A stretch of DNA of 63,477 bases, counting the filler, from Octopus bimaculoides (Eukaryota), in the NCBI RefSeq assembly GCF_001194135.2. It is 5 parts of 4 records of this genome, joined end to end, with 100 filler letters (N's around TTAATTAATTAA, not from the genome) between each part and the next. Parts side by side here need not be neighbours in the genome. Positions count along the whole stretch, not along the records: positions 39,153 to 55,145 come from NC_068985.1; 4 more parts are not named here. One strand, given 5' to 3'. This document shows, in pieces, positions 41,269-53,285 of this stretch. Numbering within the stretch: position 1 is the stretch's first letter; every line of letters starts with the position of its first letter. The position numbers were made by a program, and so were the translations under genes. Under the pieces are notes generated by a model. The model was not told the DNA's origin. It was given only the letters and a program-made list of their open reading frames with translations, and ran no database searches.

Positions 41269-42030
41269 TCCCTACATATTTAGGTTTATATCAGAGTGGC
41301 CTACTTACATAATATATACATACATAACACCTACATACATAATACACACACACACACACACACATACACACATTCATTCATTCATTCATTCATTCATGTT
41401 TAACGTTCACCTTCCACACTAGCATGCATTGGACGGTTTGACAGGGTCTGACAAACCAGTGGACTACATCAAGCGCCAATATCAGCTCCGGCACAGTTTC
41501 TGCAGCTAGAAACCCTTCCTAACACCGACCACATCACAGAATGTACCCGGTGCTTTTTTATTTTTTGTCGTCACACCTGCACTTACAAGGTCACCAGGTA
41601 ACTCACAAGACCAAGAAAAATACTACATCGTCACTCACCTGAGCAGGGGTGTAGTACTGAGGTGATAGTCATGAGCGGGGGTGGCGGTGAGACTGATAGA
41701 CGTGACGTTCTGTAAGGGTGGAGGTGAGACTGATAGATGTGACGTTCTGTAAGGGTGGAGGTGGAGAGATTATAGGTCAGAAAGTGATCAGATAAGGGGG
41801 GGGGGGAAGGAGAGGCTTAAAACAAGAACTGATAAACTGTAAGATAATATAGAGGAAAACTAAAAACTAACACAAATATAATACATAAAAAACAGGTAAA
41901 AAGAAAAATTAAGATAAAGATGTGAAAATTTTACCTGTGTGTATACATAGAAACATGAAAAGCCAACAGACATGCACACACACACACATATTCACATCAC
42001 ATATACATAGAAGCCCTGGAGTGAGTGCAT

Positions 42031-42076
<46 letters not shown>

Positions 42077-42268
42077 TGTTGAGTATGCATATCAGTGAAT
42101 GTAAGTAAATGTGTGTATGTGCATGTGTGTATAAACATATACATATATTTATACACACATGCATATATATACACACATGCATATATATATATATATATAT
42201 ATATATTATGGAGAAGTACTTGCATAGCAAGTGACCTGATCTGAGATCGTGTGCTGAAACAAAAACAA

Positions 42269-42383
42269 TTTATAACCCATTTAAAAACACAAAAACCGTT
42301 AGATTCACTTCGACATTGGCAAATTAAATCTAAATGTTGAAGTGAATCTAACAGTTTTTGTGTGTTTTTAAATGGCTTATAAA
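42269..42383. mobile_element. Small hairpin MITE
   Basis: Imperfect ~50-bp inverted arms (tttataacccatttaaaaacac...gattcacttcgacatt and aatgttgaagtgaatc...tttttaaatggcttataaa). Confidence 0.6.
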
Positions 42384-42400
42384 CACCTTCCACGCTGCAA

Positions 42401-42429
<29 letters not shown>

Positions 42430-42432
<3 letters not shown>

Positions 42433-42670
42433 ACACCATCCGAACGTGGCTGATGCCTGTGCCACCTTCACTGGTTTCTGTGCTGGTGGCACGTAAAAAG
42501 CACCCACTACACTCTCGGAGTGGTTGGTGTTAGGAAGGGCATCCAGCTGTAGAAACTCTGCCAGATCAGATTGGAGCCTGGTGCTGCCATCTGGTTCACC
42601 AGTCCCCAGTCAAATCGTCCAACCCATGCTAGCATGGAAAGCGGAAGTTAAACGATGATGATGATGATGG
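42430..42670 (+). mobile_element. RTE 3' UTR copy
   Basis: Family consensus with (GAT)n tail. Confidence 0.87.
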
Positions 42671-43485
42671 TGAGAAATAAGATGTTGTGTAGTATTATGG
42701 GGATAAGAGAAGGTTGACCAGTGACAGAGATGGGGGGTCAGAGACATGTTGGAGTGGATATACTGAGGTGGTGAATAAAGTTGGGGGTGTCGTCAATGGC
42801 AGATACAAGGTGTTTAGGGGAAGGGGTGTTCAGTGAAAAATAAAGGGCTGAGGTCTAATACTGAGAATGCAAGATGGGTGAGAAAAGGAAGTGGTTCTAA
42901 GAGAGGGGACAACATGTGGCATGAAAGGGGCTGAAATACATGCAGTCCTTCTTTCATTTAATTAGAACAGCTCAATAAATAAATAAATAAATGAATAAGT
43001 GCTGTAGTAAGCAGAATGATGGAAGAATGGATGGTCTGAAGATGAGTTCTGAGGGAGGCCTCACAGGGACAAGTTGGGTGCAAAGGGCATAGACATAAAT
43101 AGCAAGCTTTCGGGGGTTACTGAAATGGGTGAGTCTTCTTAAGCAGAGAAAATTACCAGTACCTTAGTCCTTAGTTAATGCGTGCATGCATGTGTGTGTG
43201 TGTGTGTGTGTGAAAGAAAGAGAGAGAGAGAAAGAAAGAGGGATCACCATCATCATTATAACCTAACATCTATTTTTCCGTGCTTGCATGTGTCACACAG
43301 GATTTGTTGAGGCAGATTTTTTTTATGACTGGGTGCCTTTCCGGTCACTAACCTTCACCTGTTTCCGAGCAAGGTAATATTTCCCCCCATGGCCAGACAC
43401 GCTTTTCATTGGAAACTAAAAATAAACAACATCGCTTATATGACAGTGAGGCTTGTTTATGACCATCACATGATGTCAAGACAAT

Positions 43486-43520
<35 letters not shown>

Positions 43521-44006
43521 TGTATAATAAATGACACTTGCCTACATTACCAAACAAACTTTCTTAACTACACAGCTTGCGTGTATTTATAAATTTACAT
43601 ATATTCATGCATAGTCACGCACACACAGACACACAGACACAGACACACAGACACAGACACACACACACACATACACACACACACACACACACACAACTGG
43701 GACTCCATTGGTTATGATGCCGAGGGTTCCACTTGATCTGATCAACAAAACAGCCAGCTCATGAAATAAACATGTAAGTGGCTGAGTGCTCCACAGACAC
43801 GTGTATCCTTAACATAGTTCTTAGGGAAATGCAGCATGACACAGAATGTGACAAGGATGGCCCTTTTGAATTACTGGTACTACTCATTTTTGCCAAAATG
43901 AAATAAAGTGTCTTGCCCAAGGACGCAATGCACCGCAAGGAATCGAACTCACAGCCTCTCGATCATAATCCGAACACACTAACCACAAAGTCATATGCCT
44001 TCACCA

Positions 44007-44051
<45 letters not shown>

Positions 44052-44887
44052 CACATATATACACAGTTAAAGGATGTGCAAATATAAAACAATATTATGA
44101 ACATTTTAACAGTGTCCTACATCAGGAACTCACCTGTCGCCTCATCTGATTCACTCATCATTCGTGTGTACTTTCCAGAACAGTATCCTTTCACAAGAGA
44201 GAGCTAATCCCAAACAGTCCACAGCAACAGTCAGTAAACACAGCTACAAACACTGAAAGCTAAGTGGCCCTAATGGAAAGTGAGAGTCGAGGATTTCTAC
44301 TGTCTCATTTATCTTGACAATCCAATTAGCTACACAGCATGTGACACTCAAATCAGCTAAATGGCTTGCATCATATCTTTAATTATAGCAACAATAACAT
44401 CAACAACAAAAACAGTGCCTGTTAATAATTAATTGATAAAGAAAGAATTCCGTTTGCGATAGATTAAACATATCTTTATGTGTGATAATATGTAAGTACA
44501 GGCATGGCTAAGTTGTTAAGAAGCTTGCTTCCCAACAAAAATGATTTGCATTATTTACATTCGACAGACATTTGTCCTCATCTTGTTTGTTGTTAACACA
44601 ATGTTTTGGCTGATATACAGCCACAGACCAGGGAAACATTTCTGATATTTCTGTTGGTTTTGAATAATGTAGTTTGAAATACCACATTCCTTAGAATTCT
44701 CCAACTAAAAGAAAAAAAGGCTGAGATGATCAAAGGATTGAATACCTATGACCAACCCATAGGGATGCTCAATTATTACAAAACAGGTATTAACCCTTTA
44801 GCGTTTAAACCAGCCATATCCACCCCAATATATTCTACATGTTTTATATTCAAACTGGTGATATCTAGCCTCTCACACTTAACCTAC

Positions 44888-45288
44888 TCTTTTACTCATT
44901 TACTTATTTCAGTCATTTAACTGTGGCCATGCTGGAGCACCGCCTTTAGTCGAGCAAATCGACCCCAGGACTTATTCTTTGGAAGCCTAGTACTTATTCT
45001 ATCAGTCTCTTTTGCCGAACCACTAAGTTACGGGGACGTAAACACACCAGCATCGATTGTCAAGCGATGTTGCGGGGACAAACACAGACACACAAACATA
45101 TACACACACATACATATATATACAATGGGCTTCTTTCATTTTCCGTCTACCAAACCCACTCACAAAGCTTTGGTCGGCCCGAGGCTATGGTAGAAGACAC
45201 TTGCCCAAGATGCCACGCAGTGGGACTGAACCCGGAACCATGTGGTTGGAAAGCAAGCTACTTACCACACAGCCACACCTACGCCTAC
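44888..45288 (-). mobile_element. Full-length SINE family 1 nested in a TTAA MITE
   Basis: Family consensus; splits MITE family B into 44790-44887 and 45289-45419. Confidence 0.88.
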
Positions 45289-45498
45289 ATTGACATTCCA
45301 AAAATAAACAATCACATCATTGAAACCTCAAAGCTATAAGATAATGCATCATTAATTCAAAACAATTTGAGTGAAAAAGTATTACATTTAACAGAGTAAT
45401 CTGAACACTAAAAGTTTAAACAGCAACAATCAGCCAACTACATTTGGAATTTAGATGAATGACAAAAGCCAAAAGAAGGTGAAAAAGAACCAACCTAC

Positions 45499-45644
45499 CT
45501 GTTGTGAAATTCAGGGTAGGATCCAAGCTGCACGTGTTGAAATTTGGCATTGAAATCATTGAGAATGTGTGTGATGGCTACTTCCTCTGCTGCTACAAAA
45601 ATCTCCTTGGTGTGCATGTGAGCATCAGGGTTCGTGAATAGGTG
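45499..45644 (-). CDS. FLAD1: FLAD1 exon ending in LGSYPEFHN
   Basis: Acceptor gtctgcactcttcag and donor CAG|gtaggt; 48 codons plus 2 nt, HLFTNPDAHMHTKEIFVAAEE...LGSYPEFHN. Confidence 0.93.
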
Positions 45645-45729
45645 CTGAAGAGTGCAGACATACAATCAGTGACATATAAGTGACAAGTTTGTGTGTACAT
45701 GTGTGAGTGTTTGTATGTATGAGTCTTGT

Positions 45730-45773
<44 letters not shown>

Positions 45774-46866
45774 CATCATCATCGTTTAACGTCCGCCTTC
45801 CATGCTAGCATGGGTTGGACGATTTGACTGAGGACTGGTGAAACCGGATGGCAACACCAGGCTCCAATCTAATTTGGCAGAGTTTCTACAGCTGGATGCC
45901 CTTCCTAACGCCAACCACTCAGAGAGTGTAGTATATGTAGTATATGTATATATATCTGTCTGCCTATGTGTAATTGTATAGGTTTCATGTGTACTAAAAC
46001 ATAAATATGTTATAAATATGATTTTTGATGTGAAGGTACATGGCTCAGTGGTTAGAGCATTGGGCTCATAATCATGAGGTAGTGAGTTTATTTCATATTG
46101 CTCCAGTTCACTCATCTGTAGAAATGAGTCGCAATGTCACTAGTGCCAAGCTGTATCGGCCACAGCCTTTCTCTTGGATAACATCAGTGGCGTGGAGAGG
46201 GGAGGCCGGTCTTTCATAAACAACCTTGCTCAGACTTGTACCTCGGAGGGGAACTTTCTAGGTGCAATCCCATAGTCATTCATAACTGAAGGGGCTTTTT
46301 AACCCTTTATAATTTTTTGCTACATAGTTATCTGTAGAACTAGTATTTGGTCATCATTGGACTTTGCTCTCCCTGAAACTACTAAACACTGTGTAACATC
46401 CAGGGTCTTGCTTTCTTTTCTAAATCTTTTACTTGTTTCTGTCACTTGACTGCGGCCATGCTGGAGCACCGCCTTTCAGTCGAACAAATCGACCCCAGGA
46501 CTTATTCTTTGTGAGCCTAGTACTTATTCTATCGGTATCTTGTGCCGAACCGCTAAGTTACGGGGACATAAACACACCAGCATCGGTTGTCAAGCAATGT
46601 TGTGGGGACAAACACAAACACACATACATACATAAATAGATATACAAATATATATATATATATATAAAATTAAATAATAGGGGTAGAAATTGATATTAAT
46701 CAATTAAAACGAGTGGTTTAGCATATTTAAAAAATTTTTACATTTTGGTGTTTTGCTGAGATTTTTTTTGAGAACACACTCTTCGTGGTAATGGCGATTT
46801 GACGTCTATGTTTAGCATATTAGATGTCCACTTTAGTGGTCATTCCTCTTAATTTTGTATACATAT

Positions 46867-46916
<50 letters not shown>

Positions 46917-49900
46917 GTGTATATATATANNNNNNNNNNNNNNNNNNNNNNNNNNNNNNNNNNNNNNNNNNNATATATATATATACAACGGGCTCGTTTC
47001 AGTTTCCGTTGACCTAAATCCACTCACAAGGCTTTGGTTGGCCCAAGGCTATAGTAGAAGACACTTGCCCAAGGTGCCACGCAGTGAGACTGAACCCGGA
47101 ACCATGTGGTTGGTAAGCAAGCTACTTACCACACAGCCACTCCTGCACCTGAAGAACCTTTTAGTTTCTTGGTAAAATAGGATTACATATACAGAAGTCA
47201 TGCATGGAACTTACCAATGCCAGCAGCATCAGCAACAAATTTCATTGTACAGACATGAACTGAAGTAGATCAATCACTAAGGAAATGACAGGGCACTGGG
47301 AGATGTGGTGATTTGCTGTACATGATACGAAGCATTAAACTAAGTCAAATCATTGTCTTCCATATATACAGGCTTGTCCTTTTCGATGCCAGTGCCACTT
47401 ATAAAGCAGCCGTACCAGTGCTGCATTAAATGCACCCGTGTTGGTGCCGCAGAAACACACCTGTGTTAGTAACATGTGAAAAGCATCTGGCTCATTCTGT
47501 TAAGAGGCTGGTGTTAGGAACAGCATCCAGCCGTAGAAACCATACCACAAGAGACAACTGGAGTCTGTAGAGTTTCCTGCTAGCACTGACAGCGGAAAGG
47601 ACCAGCCTGTATGTGTGGAAGACAGAGAACACAAGCACATTACATCATCATCATTTAATGTCCCCTTTCCATGTTGGCATGGGTTGGACGGTTCAATATT
47701 AAATGATGATGATGTAATGTGCTTGTGTTCTTTTGTCTTCCCCCGTAGGATCATCTACAGCCAATTACACCATGGTCACAGTATGGATGAAGGGCTAAAG
47801 GAACAGTTCAAAAGCCAGCTGAGGACCACTCTGAAGAGGATTAACATTGATTCATCAAGAGTAGGAGACACCACTACCAACTGTTCCTTTTTGGCATTCT
47901 TAAAGTTGGATCAAGGTGACAAGCTGGCAGAATTGTTGTCATGAAGGCGGTGAGCTGGTAGAAACATTAGCGCGCAGGGAGCAATGCTTTACATTCTGAG
48001 TTCAAATTCCGCCGAGGTCGACTTTGCCTTTCATCCTTTCGGGATCTATAAATTAAGTACCAGTTACGCACTGGGGTCAATGTAATCGACTTAATCCCTT
48101 TGTCTGTCCTTGTTCGTTTCCCACTATGTTTAGCCCCTTGTCGGCAATAAAGAAATAAGAATTGTTGTTATGCCAGGTAAAATGCAGAGTGGCATTTTTG
48201 TTGACTTTACATTCTGAGTTCAAATGCCACCAGGGGTCAATTTTGCTTTTCGTCCTTTCAAGGTTGATCAAATGAAATTGACTTCCCCCCCCTTCTTGAC
48301 CCTGTGCCAAAATTTGAAATCATTCTAACATTTGGATCAGGGATCGAAGATATGGTTGACCACTACTTTTAGCACAGACAGCTGACCTTTATTTGATGTC
48401 ATTGACTTGAGTGACCAGTATGGTATCCTGTCACACTTGACCATCTGTGAATGAATTCCAATATTTTAAATCCAGGTTTGTCCCCATTAACAGGGGTGGC
48501 CAGATCTACCTCACTCTTACAGCAACCACTCTAACACCATCTCACCCAGTTTTGGCCATCCTCCCTCCTCAAGCCAACCCTCCCAATCTCCTTCTCCACC
48601 TGTCCCGTTCACATTTTCTTTGGTTGATCTCGCTTTCAAGGTTCATTCACTTTCAACTAAAGCACTCTCCTCAGAACATGATCTTCGTCCCTCCTCAACA
48701 CATGTCCATACCACTGCACTCCATTCGCCCTTGCTAGCTGCTCCACCGATTTCTCCAACCCCAGCATCCCCATCAAATCTTCATCCGTCCTTTTAACACT
48801 TGACCATCTGTGTTCTTATGAATGCTTTGGTTTATGTTTGGAAGGATATCCAAATGTAAAAAAACCACGCCATGGTAAAAAGAAAAACAAAGGGCAGAAA
48901 GGAGTCTATGTGGTCACACTATCTGCTAGAAATAGCAACCAAATCGTCCTCAAATCACACTTTGTTTTAAAAACAGATGGAAACACTTAACGATGCCAGA
49001 ACACATTTGACCATACGTTTGTTCGTTTTGAGCTAATATCATCATTTCCCCACCACCACATCTTCATCACCATCATCAACAATCATCCAAATGCTAAAAG
49101 AAATATAAAAAAAATGAAGTCAAACATACCTTGAGGCTTACGAAACTTTTCTCAAGAAGAAACGGTATTCCAGGAAACATATAAACATTACTGATACAGA
49201 CTAAGGGGTATTTACTTTTCACTTTCGTTTTTGGATGGATGCCAAATTCCAGACGAGACGATTGAGGGATCTTGAGAAAAAAAATAAGAAGACAAGGAAA
49301 CAGAGAATAATTAATTTCAGACTCCTAGACCGTCAAAACAACATACTCAGTTTCCTATCTTTTATCTTTTACTTGTAATAGGGTTGTGGCCATGCTAGAG
49401 CACTGACTTGAAGGGTTCAGTCAAACAAATCGACCCCACTCCTGTTACTTTTTTTTAAACCTGACACTTATTCTATCAGTTTGTTTTGCTGAACTGCTAG
49501 TTTATAGGAGCAGCGCCAATTGTCACACACACACACACACATCATCACCATCATCATCATCATCATTTAATGTTGGCCGTTCATGCTGACATGGGTTGGA
49601 CGGTTTGACTGAGGACTGGCGAACCAGAAGGTGACATCAATCTCCAGTCTGATTTGGCAGAGTTTCTATAGCTGGATGCCCTTCCTAACGCCAACCACTC
49701 CGAGAGTGAAGTCGGTGCTTTTACATGCCACCGGCACGAGGCCCAGTCAGGCAGTACTGGCAACGACCATGCTCAAATGGTGTTTTTTATGTGCCACCTG
49801 CACAGGAGCAAGCCCGGCGGCACTGGCAATGACCACGCTCAAATGCTGTTTTCCACATGCTACCAGTACAGGTGCCAGTAAGGCAATGCTGGCAACGATC

Positions 49901-50122
49901 ACACTCGAATGATGCTTTTTACATGTCACCAGCACAGGAGCGAATCAGCAGCCCTGGTAACAATCATGCACGGATGGCACTTTTAATGTTCCACTGTAAT
50001 CGGCCATGTCAGCGATTTTGATTTCACTTGCCTCAACAGATATTTGCAAGCAAAGTTTACTGTCCAATGAATGAAGGATACTCATAAGTGAGCTGGTTAT
50101 ACACCAGTCATAGGTCATGAGT

Positions 50123-50161
<39 letters not shown>

Positions 50162-53100
50162 TCATCATCAATATATATAATGAGGGACTCTCACTCAGAG
50201 TAAAAGGCAGACTGTATGACGCATGCGTACGAACAACCATGCTACATGGCAGTGAAACATGGGCTGTAACTGCTGAGGACATACGTAAGCTCGCAAGGAA
50301 TGAAGCCAGTATGCTCCGTTGGATGTGTAATGTCAATGTGAATACCCGTCAGAGTGTAAGTATCTTGAGAGAAAAGCTGAACATTAGAAGCATCAGTTGT
50401 GGCGTGCAAGAGAGACNNNNNNNNNNNNNNNNNNNNNNNNNNNNNNNNNNNNNNNNNNNNNNNNNNNNNNNNNNNNNNNNNNNNNNNNNNNNNNNNNNNN
50501 NNNNNNNNNNNNNNNNNNNNNNNNNNNNNNNNNNNNNNNNNNNNNNNNNNNNNNNNNNNNNNNNNNNNNNNNNNNNNNNNNNNNNNNNNNNNNNNNNNNN
50601 NNNNNNNNNNNNNNNNNNNNNNNNNNNNNNNNNNNNNNNNNNNNNNNNNNNNNNNNNNNNNNNNNNNNNNNNNNNNNNNNNNNNNNNNNNNNNNNNNNNN
50701 NNNNNNNNNNNNNNNNNNNNNNNNNNNNNNNNNNNNNNNNNNNNNNNNNNNNNNNNNNNNNNNNNNNNNNNNNNNNNNNNNNNNNNNNNNNNNNNNNNNN
50801 NNNNNNNNNNNNNNNNNNNNNNNNNNNCTACACTCTCTGAGTGGTTGGCGTTAGGAAGGGCATCCAGCTGTAGAAACTCTGCCAAATCAGACTGGAGCCT
50901 GGTGTTGCCATCCGGTTTCACCAGTCCTCAGTCAAATCGTCCAACCCATGCTAGCATGGAAAGCGGACGTTAAACGATGATGATGATGATGATGATGATG
51001 AATAATTACTATGAAGCATTGTGTAGAATATAATGGATGAGGATAGTTGTGTAAAAAAGTGCCACACCCTAGCGGTTGAGCAAACCTGTGGAAGTGGTAG
51101 ACCCAGGAAGACCTGGGATGAGGTGGTGAAGCATGACCTTTGAACATTAGGCCTCACTGAGGCAATGACTAGTGACTGAGACCTTTGGAAATATGCTGTG
51201 CATGAGAAGACCCAGCAAGACAAGTGAGACCATAACCCGTGGTCTTTACCAGGGGCGTAGCCAGCCCACTTATGCATACCTTTCCATCATTGGACACTAA
51301 ACTCTGCTTGCGAAGACCTGTTGGAGCAAGTGAAATCGAAACTGAACCAAATTCGATGACTGGCACCCGTGCCAGTGGAGCGCTAACAGCACCATCTGAG
51401 CAGGATCACTGCCAGAGCAGCTGTCTGGCTTCCGTGCCGGTGGCAAATAAAAAGCAGCATTTGAGCGAGATCGTTACCAGCGAGGTGGTGGATGGGGTGA
51501 AAGTGGTGTGGTGGTGGTGTGGTGCTGGTGCTGCTGGTGGCAACAGCGACAGTGGTAATGGCAGTAACACTATGATGTTAATAATCTTCTTACAATGCTG
51601 GATAAAGTGTGTGACTTGAGAATGGGACTACTTCAAAGGAAATTAAATGCCGAATTGATATGTATTGTAATGTTCTTTTGATGATACTGTTCAATCAGAC
51701 CTCATAAGAAGCTATCATACCTCTAATTAAGAAGCTATCATACCTCTAATTACAAGACATAAGTGATATTTCTTACCCTGGCCAATTTAAAGTGAGGTGA
51801 GGAAAGATCATTGACTTTGAAGTATTCCTTAATGAATTCAGCAATGATTGGATTTAAAACTGTTTTCTCATCAAAAGCACGGGCCACAGCTGAAAGCAGA
51901 AACAAAACAGATAATGGAAAGCCTCTTTTTTAAAAATAAGACTGAAAGTCAAACATTATCTAACAAATGAACAGGAAGAGATGAAATGGTAGCGGGTGCT
52001 TTTACGTGCCACTGGCATGAGGGCGAGTCAGGCGGTACTGGCAACGGCCACGCTCAAAATGGTGTTTTGTGTTTTTTACGTGCTACCTGCACAGGAGCCA
52101 GTCCAGCGGCACCGGTCAACGACCTCGCTCGAGTGTTTTCTAGCGTGCCACCGGCATAAATGCCAGTAAGGCGACGCTGGTAACGATCACGTTCAAATGG
52201 TGCTATTTACGTGCCACTGGCACAGAAGCCAGACAGCTGTTCTGGCAATGATCACACTTGGACGGTGCTGTTAGTGCTCCACTGGCACAGGAGCCAGTCA
52301 TCAAATATGGTTCGATTTCGATTTATGCTTATTGAATTTAAAATTTTGAAAACGTGGCTTCTTGCATATTCGGAATCTCCGACATCTAAAACATAGGGGG
52401 AAAAAAATTTGGAAAAAGTTCAAAATTTTAGGGGTCAGGACATTTTTTTTTTTTTTGCATATACATAATCTCCAACATCTAAAACATAGGGATCAGAAAA
52501 TTTTTTTTCAAAAATATGCATTTTTCAAGGAGAGGTANNNNNNNNNNNNNNNNNNNNNNNNNNNNNNNNNNNNNNNNNNNNNNNNNNNNNNNNNNNNNNN
52601 NNNNNNNNNNNNNNNNNNNNNNNNNNNNNNNNNNNNNNNNNNNNNNNNNNNNNNNNNNNNNNNNNNNNNNNNNNNNNNATTATTATCTCTTATATTTAAT
52701 TGTTTATGTTATGATTTTATTTACTCCATGTACCCACATGGGGATTAACACATACTTTAAGAAATTATTATTTCTTATATTTAATTGTTTATGATATGAT
52801 TTTATTTACTCCATGTACCCACATGGGGATTAACACATACTTTAAGAAATTATTATTTCTTATATTTAATTGTTTATGTTATGATCTTATTTACTCCATG
52901 TACCCACATGGGGATTAACACGTAATTTTAAGAAATTATTCTTTCTTATATTTAATTGTTTATGTTATGATTTTATTTACTCCATGTATATAAGACTTTG
53001 TGGACACCCTGTATATAAAATACTACAATTACCCGTCATTTTTGATGGCACAGGGCCAGTTAGTGATGGTATAAATTACAAGGAAAGAGAACTCAGAACT

Positions 53101-53227
53101 TACCTTCAAATGTAATGTCGTCATGTGTTGGACCCACACCTCCTGAGGTAATGACATAGGTAAAGCGTCTAGAAAACTCCTTCACTTCATGCACAATTTC
53201 ATTGATGGTGTCACCAATAACTGATAT
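45499..53227 (-). CDS. FLAD1: FAD synthase (FLAD1), partial spliced CDS: join of 53227-53104, 51889-51777, 49270-49130, 45644-45499; MPTb/COG1058 (FAD hydrolase) half only
   Basis: Four AG/GT-bounded exons (124+113+141+146 nt, phases 0-1, 1-0, 0-0, 0-2) join in one open frame: ISVIGDTINEIVHEVKEFSRRFTYVITSGGVGPTHDDITFEAVARAFDEKTVLNPIIAEFIKEYFKVNDLSSPHFKLARIPQSSRLEFGIHPKTKVKSKYPLVCISNVYMFPGIPFLLEKSFVSLKHLFTNPDAHMHTKEIFVAAEEVAITHILNDFNAKFQHVQLGSYPEFHN. This is collinear with human FLAD1 motifs as I recall them (GGIGPTHDDVTFEAVAQAF, NVYLFPGIP, SKELYVAADE, LGSYP). Confidence 0.93.
45771..45930 (-). mobile_element. Short RTE 3' UTR copy in a FLAD1 intron
   Basis: catcatcatcgtttaacgtccgccttccatgctagc... 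family tail. Confidence 0.85.
46425..47146 (-). mobile_element. SINE family 1 halves separated by microsatellite, unique sequence and a gap
   Basis: 3' half at about 46425-46640 and 5' half at about 46985-47146. Confidence 0.75.
47944..48320 (+). mobile_element. SINE family 2 copy plus a second degraded copy
   Basis: Family consensus at 47944-48160; partial copy at 48180-48320. Confidence 0.85.
48480..48800 (-). mobile_element. Older RTE LINE fragment
   Basis: Minus strand reads ...QWYGHVLRRDEDHVLRRVL...PKKMW..., typical of the RTE RT C-terminus; degraded. Confidence 0.65.
49130..49270 (-). CDS. FLAD1: FLAD1 exon containing the NVYMFPGIP motif
   Basis: Acceptor is a polypyrimidine tract ending tctcaag; donor AAG|gtatgt; 47 codons, IPQSSRLEFG...NVYMFPGIPFLLEKSFVSLK. 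Confidence 0.94.
49540..50040 (-). mobile_element. Long RTE 3' UTR copy in a FLAD1 intron
   Basis: Family tail plus several ~60-bp internal units. Confidence 0.85.
50180..50416 (+). mobile_element. RTE-clade LINE RT fragment
   Basis: LSLRVKGRLYDACVRTTMLHGSETWAVTAEDIRKLARNEASMLRWMCNV...LREKLNIRSI; truncated by an N gap. Confidence 0.88.
51030..51480 (+). mobile_element. RTE LINE ORF C-terminus plus start of 3' UTR
   Basis: MDEDSCVKKCHTL...GRPRKTWDEVVKHDL...LWKYAV, followed by a UTR (cattggacactaaactctgcttg...) shared with the copy at about 10610. Confidence 0.8.
51777..51889 (-). CDS. FLAD1: FLAD1 exon
   Basis: Acceptor ctgttttgtttctgctttcag and donor AGG|gtaaga; phase 1 to 0; (A)VARAFDEKTVLNPIIAEFIKEYFKVNDLSSPHFKLAR. 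Confidence 0.93.
51990..52310 (-). mobile_element. RTE 3' UTR internal fragment (tandem units)
   Basis: Repeated tttacgtgccac...gcac...gagccagt...ggcggtactggcaacg units. Confidence 0.8.
52679..52988. repeat. 85-bp minisatellite, at least 3.6 copies, running into an N gap
   Basis: Units start at about 52679, 52764, 52849 and 52934 (attattat..cttatatttaattgtttatg...tacccacatggggattaacac...aagaa). Confidence 0.93.
53104..53227 (-). CDS. FLAD1: FLAD1 exon containing the SGGVGPTHDD motif
   Basis: Acceptor ttcatatttcag and donor GAAG|gtaagt; translates ISVIGDTINEIVHEVKEFSRRFTYVITSGGVGPTHDDITFE. Confidence 0.95.
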
Positions 53228-53285
53228 CTGAAATATGAACATTACTGTCTGTTTAGATGATCTGCCAAACAGAAGTGAATTAAAT

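Noticed and set aside
44538-44625. Hairpin GGCTG-TATAT-CAGCC followed by AAAAC on the minus strand (hammerhead-like)
   Set aside because: The CUGANGA box is absent and GAAA is mutated; at most a dead Penelope-terminus relic.
46035-46110. tRNA-like sequence with A/B-box similarity (also about 9040-9120 and 43905-43995)
   Set aside because: There is no complete cloverleaf or 3' acceptor stem; these are SINE heads.
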